64,000 bases of DNA from the NCBI GenBank assembly GCA_038087875.1, contig CM075989.1, positions 17,856,001 to 17,920,000 of the forward strand, given 5' to 3'. This stretch comes from Malacoraja senta. Its lineage: Eukaryota. Numbering within the stretch: the first letter of the stretch is position 1; every line of letters starts with the position of its first letter. Under the pieces are notes generated by a model, which searched no databases, was not told the origin of the DNA, and was given only the letters and a program-made list of their open reading frames with translations. The position numbers were made by a program, and so were the translations under genes. This document shows positions 11,346-23,006 of the stretch, piece by piece.

Positions 11346-12129
11346 TCCACAGTGTCAGTTGGATGTATTATCCCAGTGGGAAAGTTCCGTCTACAGTTTT
11401 TAGTAAGAGGCTGTTTGTATCCCACTCCTTTGTATCTGTCTCTAAACATCAAAGAAAAGCACACCAAATGGAGACACTCTTCCGCAGGACCATGTCTTTT
11501 AAATGCACACTCATTTTTGGCACCTGGCTCACTCATTGGACTGGACGATAAGGCAGAGTGCTCTGGATCCGGCCACAATAGAGGTTGGAACCTGGATACA
11601 AAGGTTCAGGAATAGGTTTAGGTGTATATCCAGAGCTGGGTTCTGGTGTGTTTGTGTATTTCTCATTCCCTGTAAACTCACTGGGTTCACAGTAAAATAT
11701 GTTAGATCAGTGTGCAATATGTAAAAAGTGAACTAAAAACATATCTGGGCATTAATAGCAGTGACATTCAGTAATCTGGAACATCTACTAATCTAGCATT
11801 ACCAAACTCCTGAGGTTTAGGTTTATTATTGTCACATGTACTGAGGTGCAGTGAAAAGCTTTGTTTTTCATGCTATCAGACATTACTCTACATAAATACA
11901 ATCAAGCCAAACATAAGGACAATAGGTAGAGCAAAGGGATTGATTCAGAGGTGCAAAATTATTGAATTTTATTGTATTTATGTTGAAACGAATGAGAATC
12001 GCTTTTTCAAGTTACAGGTTTTCATTAAACACAATGTTTTCCTGGTGTGTAACCCTAAGATTTCTCAGCGAAATAGGTAGTAGGTAGGAGACAGTCCATT
12101 TGCAAAGTAAGTTCTTTCCTCCTATCTTA

Positions 12130-13407
12130 TCTATCTATATTACTAAAAGTCTGATCTTGACCGCTTTTGGCTCGCTGTGCTGTGATTTCCGAGAGAACGC
12201 CGCCACCTACGGCCGACATTTTTGGCCACCTCGCTCAGAGCCCCCCTCCGCCTGCCTGGACTGGAGTATTTTTCCCATCGGTGAAAAATCAGAGATATAT
12301 TAATGTTTTAAAAAATGTTGCCATTCTCTCTGCTGCCCCTGCTGGTGGGAGGGACTATAAAACCCGGAAGTGGTGTGCCTCACTCAGTCTCTGCAAGATG
12401 AAGCGAGAGCTTCACGTCTCTCTGAGCTCTGAATAACACTGAACACATGTCTACTCAACTGTGAGTGCCCTTAATGTGCTATGAAAATGAAAATATGGTT
12501 GGTTTGAAGTAAAAAGGCACTGCAAATGGTTGGTTGAGGTTTTTTTTTGGGTTGAAGTAAAAAGGCAGTGCAAATGGTTGTTTAGGTTTTTTGGGGGTTG
12601 AAGTAAAAAGGCAGTGCAAATGGTTGTTTAGGTTTTTTTGGGTTGAAGTAAAAAGGCAGTGCAAATGGTTGTTTGGTTTTTTTTGGGGTTGAAGTAAAAA
12701 GGCAGTGCAAATGTTTTTTTTTTTTTTGGGGGGCTGAAGTAAAAATACAGTGCAAATGGTTGTTTGGGGGGGGGGGGTTGGGTTGAAGTAAAAACGCAGT
12801 GCAAATGGTTGTTGGGGGGGGGGGGTTGGGTTGAAGTAAAAAGGCAGCGCAAATGGTTGTTTGGTTTTTTTGGGGGTTGAAGTAAAAAGGCAGTGCAAAT
12901 GGCTGGGTGACATTTTTACTTCAACCCAAAACCCTCCCAAACAACCATTTGCATTGCCTTTTTACTTCAACCCAACCCCCCCTCCCCCCAAACAACCATT
13001 TGCACTGCCTTTTTACTTCAACCCAAAACACCCCAAACAACCATTTGCACTGCCTTTTTACTTCAACCCAAAACCCCCCAAACAACCATTTGCACAAATG
13101 GATTTGAATTTGGTGGCCTTGCACTCTGCTTGAAATGGAATTTCAAGGAATAGCCGTGAGTCAACTTCCAGCCCACCAGCCGTGAGTGAGCTGCCAGCAC
13201 ATCAGGCTTGAGGGACTGAGCTGCTACCCCAAGAATCCATTTGGCCCACCAGTAGTCCCTGCAGCCAACAACACCCATACCAGTGCTCCAGAAAGCCGCC
13301 CCCCCCCCACTGGCCACCAATATTGGAATTGGTGGAGGTGGAATATTGCGTTGGGGGACCAGCCCTCCCGTGTGAACATGGGACCCAACGGGTCCCACTT
13401 AGTCTAG
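12130..13407 (+). mobile_element. Non-autonomous Helitron
   Basis: 5' A|TCTATCTATATTACTAAAAG (start 12130 or 12134); 3' hairpin TGGGACCC-AAC-GGGTCCCA (13379-13397), then CTAG|T; no TIR or TSD. Confidence 0.8.
12500..13095. repeat. About 45-bp minisatellite (GGTTGAAGTAAAAAGGCAGTGCAAATGGTTGTT plus G/T spacer), 9 forward then about 4-5 inverted copies
   Basis: Unit visible directly; orientation flips at about 12905-12912. Confidence 0.95.
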
Positions 13408-13494
13408 TACTTATTAAATCCAAGACAGCTTTTTTTCTTTTTGTCGGTGTCCAAAGTAACTTTGAAGTGGTGTTGATCAAAATCATGTTCTAAC

Positions 13495-13742
13495 CAACAT
13501 TTTCACACAGAGAGTGGTGAATCTCTGGAACTCTCTGCCACAGAGGGTAGTTGAGGCCAGTTCATTGGCTATATTTAAGAGGGAGTTAGATGTGGCCCTT
13601 GTGGCTAAGGGGATCAGGAGGTATGGAGAGAAGGCCGGTACGGGATACTGAGTTGGATGATCAGCCATGATCATATTGAATGGCGGTGCAGGCTCGAAGG
13701 GCCGAATGGCCTACTCCTGCACCTATTTTCTATGTTTCTATG
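13495..13742 (+). mobile_element. Young CR1-type LINE 3' end
   Basis: Nearly identical (reverse complement) to the copies at 43808 and 48440; CTATGTTT tail. Confidence 0.85.
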
Positions 13743-14494
13743 GTCTGTGTAATGTAAATAAGTGTTCCCCACTTCAGCATCCCCATCATATCCAATTTGT
13801 GTTATGGAGACACGCGTTATAATAGAACTACCTGTACTCTAAACAGTATTGTCAACCAGGAAATTCTGGCTCATAGAGTGAGACGGGCAATTGATGATTA
13901 GCAGAATGGATTGGACTTTCACCAGTTCAGATATACTTCGTACGCGAGTTGCGCAAAGGTTTTCAGATCTTTGCAATTGGCAAATAATGGCTAGGCTGGT
14001 GGACTAAATTGTTCAGAGGGACAAACATAGCTGGTTCCATTGCATCCCATGTCATTCAATGTTTCTCAATGACAATGTAACAGAAGGGTCTCGACCAGAA
14101 ACGTCACCCATTCCTTCTCTCCAGAGATGCTGCCTGTCACGCTGAGTTACTCCAGCATTTTGTGTCTACCTTCGATTTAAACCAGCATCTGCAGTTCTTT
14201 CCTACAAATAGAGCACCACCCCAGGGGCCTCCTGAGAGTAATCACTTTCCATGGGCGATGAGGCATTATGTCATCTCAAGCAACCTCTGTAAAAGCCCCT
14301 CCACCCCAATGAGGGTGAATATTATGCTGTCCCAATTGGGAGTTAATTACCTTAGGATCTTTTCCTTTAATTTTAGTTGCTTTATCTTTTTCCAATAATT
14401 ATTGCCAAGGGGTATTAAGGGGCACATGCTTAATAAAGGAGGTACGACCTCTTACAGCTCATTGCATATACTCATCACCATGGACTTTGGGACT

Positions 14495-14666
14495 TTTGCC
14501 TTCCATCACAGTGAGGAGGTGCCTGGTGGACTCACTGTGGTGGATGTTAAACTGTGTTGAGTGTGTGCTTTGTTATTTTATTCTATGTTATGACTGCAAG
14601 GTTAAACCATTTCGTTGTACTGTCAATGTGCAATGACAATAAAGTTGAATCTAATCTAATCTAATC
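14495..14666 (+). repeat. Unclassified retroelement 3' end (AATAAA plus (CTAAT)n tail); related copy at about 50280-50460
   Basis: Shared CCTTCCATCACAGTGAGGA...CTGTGGTGGATGTT...ATGACTG core in both copies. Confidence 0.55.
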
Positions 14667-14667
14667 A

Positions 14668-15195
14668 TCTGAGCGAAAAATTTGCCCCTCAGGTTCCCGT
14701 TAAATATTTTTGTTCTCATCTTTAACCTATGTCCACTGGTTCTTGATTCCCCTACTCTGGATAAAAGACAGTGCATCTACCCTATCTATTCCCCTCATGA
14801 TCTTATTCACCTCTATAAGATCACCCCTCATCCTCCTGTGCTCCAAAGAATAAAGTCCTAGTCTGACCAACCTCTCCTTATAGCTCAGGCCGTCAAGTCC
14901 TAGCAACATTCTCGTAAATCTTCCCGGCACTCTTGCCAGTTAAGCAACAGCTTTCCTATTGCAGGGTGACCAAAACTGGCCACAATATTCCAAATGTGGC
15001 CTCACCAAAGTCTTGTACAACTGTAACATGACATTGCAACTTATATACTCAATAATTTGACTGATGAAGGCCAATGTACCAAAACCCTTCACGATCACCC
15101 TATCTATCGGTGATGAGACATTCATTTAACTACATACCTGCACTCTTAGATCCCTCAGCTCTACAACACTCCCCAGAGCCCTGTCATTCACTGTG
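14668..15195 (-). mobile_element. CR1-type LINE fragment
   Basis: ORFs 14940..15125 (LYKTLVRPHLEYCGQFWSP) and 14727..14930 (GLSYKERL.RLGLYSLE.RR.RGDLIE). Confidence 0.85.
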
Positions 15196-16202
15196 AATGT
15201 TCTTACCCTGGCAACACCTCATACTTGGAACATTTACAATCTAACGCTCATTTGATGTCGTAGATCATCGCATTTAAAGTTTGCAGTAATTGTGAATCTG
15301 ATATGCGGATCATAAACAGCAGGACCAAGTTCACACTGGAGGGCATTAGCACAATGACAGAAAAGGCAGGTGGTTAGATACACCAATACAGGTTTGAAAA
15401 GCTAATGATAATGGAGCAGATTCAACAAGCTTGATCTTTGTGCTGTGTTCTAGACTGAAAAAAAATGTAAGCAATCACAAAACATTGAAACCCTAGGAAG
15501 ATAGACAACTGCAGTGACTCAAACGAATGAAGAGCCTTTAGGATATTAAGAGAGATGGGAAAAATATTTAGTTACTGATAATGGCATCAATGAAAGAGAA
15601 ATATAGCTGAAGAAAGAATTAAAAAAACAAGAAAGGAATCGCTCTTAGCTCATCCATATCCAGCATTATATCAAACACAAGATGTTCGCATCCCTTTCAA
15701 GTGTTTGGATCTTGTGATTAAGGATTTACATGAAACAGGAACGCTGAAAATTAACTATGAAAATAAAATTATTAATTTTAAATAAGTTTGAAAATCCCTT
15801 TAAACAATTCTGATTGTAAAGTTATTATATGTCACCTTGCAGATAGTGACCAAGGTTGCAATTTTAAGGATTCTTGTTATTTTTTAATGGGGCAGTGGGA
15901 TGAACAGGCTAAACGACAAAGTAAAGTACATAATGTTGTTACAGAAAAAAAAAAATCCTTGTCCAATAAGTGGACAAACACGCTGCCCAATAGCACACTA
16001 AAGCATACGAGACACAAAAGTAATCGAATGAAAGTAAAGGCTGACTAACCTCAATTTGTTTGTTTTTATTTAAGAAAGTCACATACTTGACTTCTGCAGT
16101 TTCACTAATCTTAGCCAGTGTAAAACAAAGCGGTTCAACTTGTTTGAGAGCCCGACATTAACTACAGGCAATAATCATCACTACATTGAGAGGCGGACCG
16201 AA

Positions 16203-16240
16203 TCAACTGTGAGGTACTCCATCATCCAACAACTTTGAGT
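16203..16240 (-). CDS. Candidate alternative CLPX terminal exon (DSKLLDDGVPHS*)
   Basis: Acceptor TCTGTTTCTACAG|AC; AATAAA at 16065-16070 downstream; in frame with the 35-nt candidate exon. Confidence 0.4.
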
Positions 16241-17472
16241 CTGTAGAAACAGACATAAAGAGTTATTACCAAGGTATCTGGCGGACAGCTGAAAATATTT
16301 CTTGTAGATCAGGTAATGAATGCAAGAAGATTCCTTTCATCATCCTTGTTAACATTTGGTGATCCAAAGCCCAATTTGGATCAGCCAGTTAAAAATTTGA
16401 ATATTTTACACCAAAATTCTCAGTATTTAAAAAAATGAGTGTTATCTAGGATTTTCTGTAATGCAAATGCTTACAGTTCTGAATGAACAAGCATCTATGA
16501 AAGTAGTTAATATCAGATTGCCTGCTTCTTCCTCAGTCCCTTTATTTAAATAGCTCTAGGTTTGCCTGCTTATTAACAGCTCAAACAAGTGCCAAGGCCA
16601 TAAATGCTGCAACCTGTTAAGTGCTTAATTTGTACACTTTATTTATACAACCAGAGAATTACAGTAATTCATCTTCATATCCTTTAGTGTTGCAATAAAT
16701 TGAATGTCTAAAGGATTACACTGCTGGTCACTAGTAGCACAGAAGGAAGTGCAGAAAAATATTGTACATTTGTACTGTGCTCAATATCAAAGATATCCAA
16801 AACAATGTTGTGTATACACCACCACAAGCAGATTTGAACCTAAATCATGGCCAAAGCATTATAAATCAAGAATTGAAACTGAAATCCTCACAATAGCTGT
16901 TAGTAAAACCTGTTTATTTTTCACTTCATTGATCTTTGCTATAGTCCCTCGTGTCTCAATCTGATCCCTACACTTTGAATGCAAATACGAATCTCTAATT
17001 TTTTTAAATTAAAGTAAATCTTTGTAATATGACTATAGCACCTCTAGCACAAAGAAACAGTGAAATGTTCAGATGCATTTGGGAAAGAAAAGTGATGTTC
17101 AGAGTTCTTGCTCATTGTACAAGTGTCACAGTTTGTTCCTGAACATTTTTTTCCTAAACTATAGGGAAGCAGCCGCTAAAATTGTAACATATAATAAACA
17201 CATTTAGAAATGTGTTTACAGTAAAATTCAAAGATGGCATAATGTCCACTGTACAAAGTTTTGCTATTTTACAATCACATGATCAGTTTCCAGGTCTGTT
17301 GAGATCATGCCGAGGGGATAGAAACCTTTAACCCCTTCCAAACCACCATTCTCTTCAAACAGTAACTCTCTGGTGAGAGCAACAGGTTAATAACACCTTA
17401 AAATTAATGAAAATAAAACTAGTTTCAATGTTGTACGAGGCTCATCTTTGCACACTTTGCTCCACATTATGT

Positions 17473-17563
17473 TTAGTTGTTGGCTGCATCTACTTGACGA
17501 TGCCATCGGTCATCTTCCACTCCAGAATCATACTCTTCTTCAACAGGCTCCTTCGATACCGCT
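17473..17563 (-). CDS. CLPX: CLPX exon 14, canonical terminal exon (AVSKEPVEEEYDSGVEDDRWHRQVDAANN*)
   Basis: Acceptor CTTTTTAG|A; matches the vertebrate EEEYDSGVE...RQADAANS tail; stop TAA 17473-17475. Confidence 0.93.
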
Positions 17564-17648
17564 CTAAAAAGAGGAAACATTCATTCAATTGAAAGAAGTT
17601 TATTTGGGGAATTTGTAGCTCAAAAAAAACTCATCACATTTTTCTATA

Positions 17649-18555
17649 CTGATAACCCTCATTATAACGGAATATAGGAGGTGAATGGTGTCCGTTATTG
17701 CCGATTGTCCACTATAACAGAATAAGGGATTTGCTCCAAACATCTAACGGTCACTCTGTGAAACAACGAGTTGTTTTCAAATACAAAGTTCTTTTTACCA
17801 GCTAAAATGTATTTTGGTTACTGCAGGCTAAAGGCTCTGTCTCACGGTGTTGCGGTCATTGGCGGTGAAGCGCGGCGTCGCCGGAAGAGGGGACTGCACG
17901 TCAACCGCGAGAGCGCCGCACGGATGCTGCGCGGGGGCCGAGTGATCTCCGTACGGCCGGTTCCACGAGCTTGCGGCGTCGGGTGATTACGTCATCGCAC
18001 AACGCGACGCGCTACGCGATGACGTATTTCGGATCGCGGGGCTGTGGCGGCAGCCGTGCCGCACACGTGCCTCACTGGCGGTGGCTGTGGCGGTGAGAGT
18101 TCGACTCACGGCGCTCGTGCCTCACTGGCGGCGGCTGTGGCGGTGACCGTGCCGCACTCGTGCCTCACTGGCGGCAAGAAATTATTTTTGGACAGTGCTG
18201 ACTTTTTTTTAGCACCGTGCGGTGTTGGGACAAACGGCGCACGGCCCCGGCGGTGGTCATTTGACCGAACCCGCGGTCTTTGGCGGTCCACGAGCGGTAG
18301 ATACTTCCTGTATCACCGCCAATGACCGCAGACTCGTGAGACAGGCCTTTTAAAATACTAAAGGCTGTTTGTTACATTGTTTAATAATTGCATAAGTGTC
18401 GATCAAAGCAATTGCTTATCAATTACAATGACCTCCCGCAGAGTAACAAGCTGTCTGTGTTCTTGGAGAGACAATAGTGTCTGATTACTGAGAATGCTTT
18501 GTCTGCTATAACCGAAATCCGTTATAAAGAGGTCTGTAATAATGAGGATAGACTG
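17649..18555. mobile_element. pogo/Tigger-like MITE (TA-flanked) hosting a nested Harbinger MITE
   Basis: TA|CTGATAACCCTCATTATAACGG ... GTAATAATGAGGATAGACTG|TA imperfect TIRs with internal CCGTTAT/ATAAC repeats. Confidence 0.55.
17832..18349. mobile_element. PIF/Harbinger-type MITE (GC-rich)
   Basis: TIRs AGGCTCTGTCTCACG..TGCGGTCATTGGCGGTGA / TCACCGCCAATGACCGCA..CGTGAGACAGGCCTT; flanked by TAA and TTA. Confidence 0.8.
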
Positions 18556-19222
18556 TACAGTATTTTAAGGAGAGCTGAAACTGTAAAAGAACTGTTTCTC
18601 AAGACCCACAGAGCTGCTAAACTAAAGCTACATCACTTTTCAAATTCAGGCAATGTTTGACAGAGTGCTACACCTACCCGTTAAGCATGAGGCTAATGTG
18701 AGTCTGCAATGAAAAGAAATGGTCCAGTGAAAGAGTGACTTTCTTTTGCTGTGCTTGTCTTTAATGTTTAGTAATACTAAACTAATACTACAGAGCAAGG
18801 AAACAAAGAGCAAACAAAGAGTAAAAAGACACAAAGTGCTGGAGTAACTTAACGGGTCAGGCAACATAGGTGACGTTTCAGGTCGGGACCCTTCTTTAGA
18901 CCCTTACCTGAAATGTCTCCAAGGGTGCTGCTTGGCCTACTGAGTTACCCCACCATTTTTTGTATCTTTTTATTGTAAACCAGCATCTGCAGTTCCTTGT
19001 CTCAGCAAATAATGATGCACGCTTTCAGAACAGAACATTTTTTGATACATTATCAGTTAATAGGAAAGTAAAGTAGCAACATGTAACAGCTTTATCTTAC
19101 TAAGAATCAAGTCATCAGCAAAAGTTTTAGATGGAGATTTGTCACTACAATAATACATCCAAGATAACACATGGGATATTTCAGCCTGCAGTTATACTGT
19201 AACTATTGTTCCTCCAGCTTAC

Positions 19223-19257
19223 CTGCAGATCGTTGGAAACATTCCATTCTCCGACTC
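19223..19257 (-). CDS. Candidate alternative CLPX exon (35 nt; SRRMECFQRSA)
   Basis: Strong donor CAG|GTAAGC; open in frame after exon 13; acceptor TAG whose pyrimidine tract is displaced by a MITE. Confidence 0.4.
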
Positions 19258-19261
19258 CTAG

Positions 19262-19811
19262 TGCCTCTGTCCCACGGGCAGGCGGTTACTGGCGGTGAAG
19301 CGCGGCGTCCCTGGAAGCGGGGACCGCGCAGCTACCGCGGGAGCGCCGCGCGTATGCCGCGGGAGCGCCGTGCGGCTATGTCCCACGAGCATGCGGTAAG
19401 TTCAATCCTACCGGAGGCTGTTGCCGCACGGCCTGACCCACGGGCCGACTGGAATGGATGTCGCGCAGCGTCGGGTGAAGACGTCATCGCGCAATGCAAC
19501 GCGCTACACGATGACGTCAATTCGGCTCGCGGCGCTGTGGCGGTGCTCGTGGCGGTGCTTGTGCCACTTGCACCGCTGTGGCGGTGCTCGTGCCGCACTA
19601 GCGGCGGCTGTGCGGTAGGACAACATTTTTGAACGTTGTCGACTTTTTGTGAGCACCGTACGGTGTTGGTACCAACACCGCAAGGTCCCGGTGGTGTGCG
19701 TGGGACCGACCCCGCGGGCCATGCGCGGTCTCTGGCGGTCCACGAGCGGTCCAGACTTCCTGCTTCACCGCCAGTAACCGCCAGTAACCGCATACCCGTG
19801 AGACAGGCCTT
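19262..19811. mobile_element. PIF/Harbinger-type MITE related to 17832-18349
   Basis: TIRs TGCCTCTGTCCCACGGG..GCGGTTACTGGCGGT / ACCGCCAGTAACCGC..CCCGTGAGACAGGCCTT; flanks TAG and TAA; interior similar to the 17832 copy. Confidence 0.8.
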
Positions 19812-20741
19812 TAAAGAAAAACTAGTTGCAAGTCCTACATAATATTTTACAGCCTTCTGTTCTAAAATGTGGCCATTATATTTGCCTGACACGAATTCCC
19901 CATGGAGTTTAAGTTTAGGTTTATTATTAACACATAGAGTGAAAAGCTTTGTTTTGCATGCTGTGCAAAATGATCAGATATACAATCAGTTCAAACTCAA
20001 GTACAATAGATAGACCAAAGGGGAAGGAAGATACAGAGTGCAGCACATCGTTCTCAACATTGTAGCGCATCAGTTCTTTAGACAAGGTTATATGTCTTCA
20101 ATGGGGTAGAGTGGAATCGAACAGTACCCTAGCTTACGGAAGAAAATGTGGTGCCATATTTCCTCAGGAATTGTATTTCAGCGGCTTCAGGAATAGAAAA
20201 ATCATAACGGAAAAGTTAGCGGTTTAAGAATGGAATTGGAAAGTGTGGCCTTTATGCTTTAGGGGAAAACAAAATTAAATACATTTTCACATTGTGTAAA
20301 TATATTGAGTTAATTTGAGGAATATTTTGACCAGCAAGGCAGAAGCTACTCAGAGGAAGTATGTGGGTGTGCCAAGGCTTGAATGGGATTTCATTGGTTC
20401 TCTCACCAGATGGGAATAACCTGGTAATTATTAAAATACAAAAATGGTTAAAAATATATTACCCCAGTTTTTCCCCAGAACTGATATGCAGGTGAGCAAA
20501 GATTAAATAGGCAATAACAACCTACTTTTGAGAATCTGATAATCAACGATTGTCTCCTTGATCAATTCTAGTTCTCTGGATAACCCATGAAGGCCCACAA
20601 TGTAAGCAGATGCTCCTACTAACTTACAACTTGTATACTCTTACCTCAAGGGTACACAAGTACAGAACAAAGTCCATGTAGGAGATTCTGGTATTTGTTG
20701 CTGTCACTTTCCCCAGATATAAATGACTGTTGAAAATTTAC

Positions 20742-20848
20742 CGTATATATCCAGGTGGTTTCTTTCCATCAACTATGTCTTTGTCCACTTCTACAGCCAC
20801 AATGTCAGAATTTGGCACTTCAAACATTGGCTCCAGCAGCAACTTCTC
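20742..20848 (-). CDS. CLPX: CLPX exon 13 ([35 protein letters not shown])
   Basis: Acceptor TTTTCAG|GAG, donor ACG|GTAAAT; 107 nt. Confidence 0.95.
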
Positions 20849-22259
20849 CTGAAAATGCAGCTTAATTTTAGGAGTTGCAGTTTTATCTCAGCCACAAAAA
20901 CAAACAAATTTCCTGCACTTAGAAATACTTGGTAATTAATAATATTGAACTCTAAAAGGTATGGGGGCATTTGCATCCCTTATTTGCAAATAACTGAAAT
21001 CTCTCTTATTGGTCTGCAGATCCTGTACTGTAACCACCTCTGCTGGCAGTTTTGTAGGGAACGTCCCTGTGGACAATTCAGTCCCGCTTCCACGCCTGTG
21101 CATTTAAATGCAGAACACTAGATGAGCTGGCGGTCAGACATCAGTGCATTTTACCTCTTGACCTGTCTGATTGTCAATGACATTTAATGCCAATCACCAG
21201 CAATATTAACAATGTAAGACAGACAATGGAAAACATTTAAAAACTGTGTTCAAACAAATGCAGGAAAACTAAAGAAAGAAACTAAATTTGTAAAACTCCA
21301 GATGAATAAAAATGTAAGGACATAATTCAGGGCAAAGAAACAGGCCATGTACAAGGACAGCAGGCCAAGAGAGGATCTGTAGGGAATAGGAATGCAGCCA
21401 AGAAAACAATTAGTAAAGTAATCAGGGAACATAAAACAAAATATTTTTAAATAAAAGGATGAGATGGGATTCGGGTCATTAAGAGAGAAAGCACAGCAAG
21501 ATGAAGAACTATTAAATCATTGTTCTGCAGTGATATTTATCAAAGAGATAGAAAAGGAGAATGAAGCACAGAATGATGTGATGATCGATGAAATATGGCA
21601 AATTAAACATTGACAAAGGGGATAAACAACTTATCAAGCTCAATGAAGATAAAGCACTCGGTCCGAATGAAGGGCAGCCACACATTTTAAAATCTGAGGA
21701 AGAGAAAGCTGAGGCATTACGGCTCATGTCTGATCATTCTGTGGGAACGAGCGCTAGAAGACTGATGAATAGCTTAATCAATGCTTGCAATTCTCAAGTG
21801 ATATAAAACCTGAGGAATTTATAAACTGATGATGGGAAATGTAATGGTATTCCCACTCTAGATGATAAAAGAACACACTGAAACGAAGTCTAATAATGAA
21901 TTATTGGCAAGGATTTCAAAAGATTTGATCTAGATTGTCCTAATTGTTTTGAAGAAGTAACACAGAGAGTAGACAATGCTAATACAATAGGCTTAATTTA
22001 TCTAAAAGGGCCTGTTTCTGTGCTGTACTTTCGAAATGCCTTAGATGAAGTTCGCCCACATGGACGAATGAACAAGGTCAGAGAATACAATGTCAGTGGC
22101 CAATAGACTTCTGGGTGACCAAGACAAAATGACTGATCTAACAGAGGTTTTTGAAAATATAGCATAGGAACAGGCACCGTACTGAATACAACAAGGTAAA
22201 CATTAATATAGTCACCAAGTTAAAGAGGAAATTCAAAAGAAACATCTTCATCTAAAGAC

Positions 22260-22700
22260 GCCCAACACCTCCGCTCGGCTCGCAATAACCAACCTGATCT
22301 CCCGGTGGCTCAGCACTTCAACTCCCCCTCCCATTCCAAATCCGACCTTTACTGTCCTGGGCCTCCTCCATGGCCAGAGTGAGGCCCACTGTAAATTGGA
22401 GCAGCAGCACCTCATATTTCGCTTGGACACTTCACACCTCAGCGGTATGAACATTGACTTCTCTAATTTCAGATAGTCCCTGCTTTCTCCTCCCCTTCCC
22501 AGCTCTCCCGCAGCCCACTGTCTCCGCCTCTCCCTTTCTTCTTCCCGCCCCCCCCCCCCCCCCCCTCACATCAGTCTGAAGATGGGTCTCGACCCGATAC
22601 GTTGCCTATTTCCTTCGCTCCATAGATGCTGCCTCACCCGCTAGGTTTGTTCAGCATTTTTGTCTACCTTCGATTTTCCAGCATCTGCAGTTCCTTCTTA
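22260..22700 (+). mobile_element. Penelope-like element 3' fragment (GIY-YIG C-terminus plus terminal motif)
   Basis: Translates to HLRSARNNQPDLPVAQHFNSPSHS..L.VLGL...KLEQQHLIFRL...GMNIDFSNF, followed by CTGAAGA.GGGTCTCGACCCGA.ACG. Confidence 0.8.
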
Positions 22701-22827
22701 AACAAAACTCTTCATCTAAAGAGTGATGTGACCATAGATATGACCACCACACAAAGTGGTTGAAGTGAAAAACGTATACATTAAAGGAAAGCTAGACAGG
22801 CACAAAGGAGAAAAGATTAGAGATTTA

Positions 22828-23006
22828 AGGGCCTGCCCACTTGGCCATCATTTGCACGTCGTGACACGCACGTGATGCGCGCATGGTGCTTGGTGACATA
22901 GGCAATGACGCGCGGTCGCTCGCGGCTCCCCAGGATTTTGGTATGTACAAAATCTTTGCGCGCCATCTGCGTGACGCGCAAATGACGGCCAAGTGGGACA
23001 GGCCCT
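22828..23006. mobile_element. Short palindromic PIF/Harbinger MITE, TTA TSD
   Basis: AGGGCCTGCCCACTTGGCCATCATTTGC / GCAAATGACGGCCAAGTGGGACAGGCCCT; TTA on both sides. Confidence 0.85.

Noticed and set aside
12479-13133. Repetitive ORFs and CRISPR-like appearance of the array
   Set aside because: Vertebrate context, spacers are only G/T homopolymers, and there are no cas genes; the ORFs are translations of a minisatellite.
18044-19892. ORFs of 93-186 aa in CLPX intron 13
   Set aside because: They coincide with GC-rich MITEs and show no transposase or host-protein motifs.
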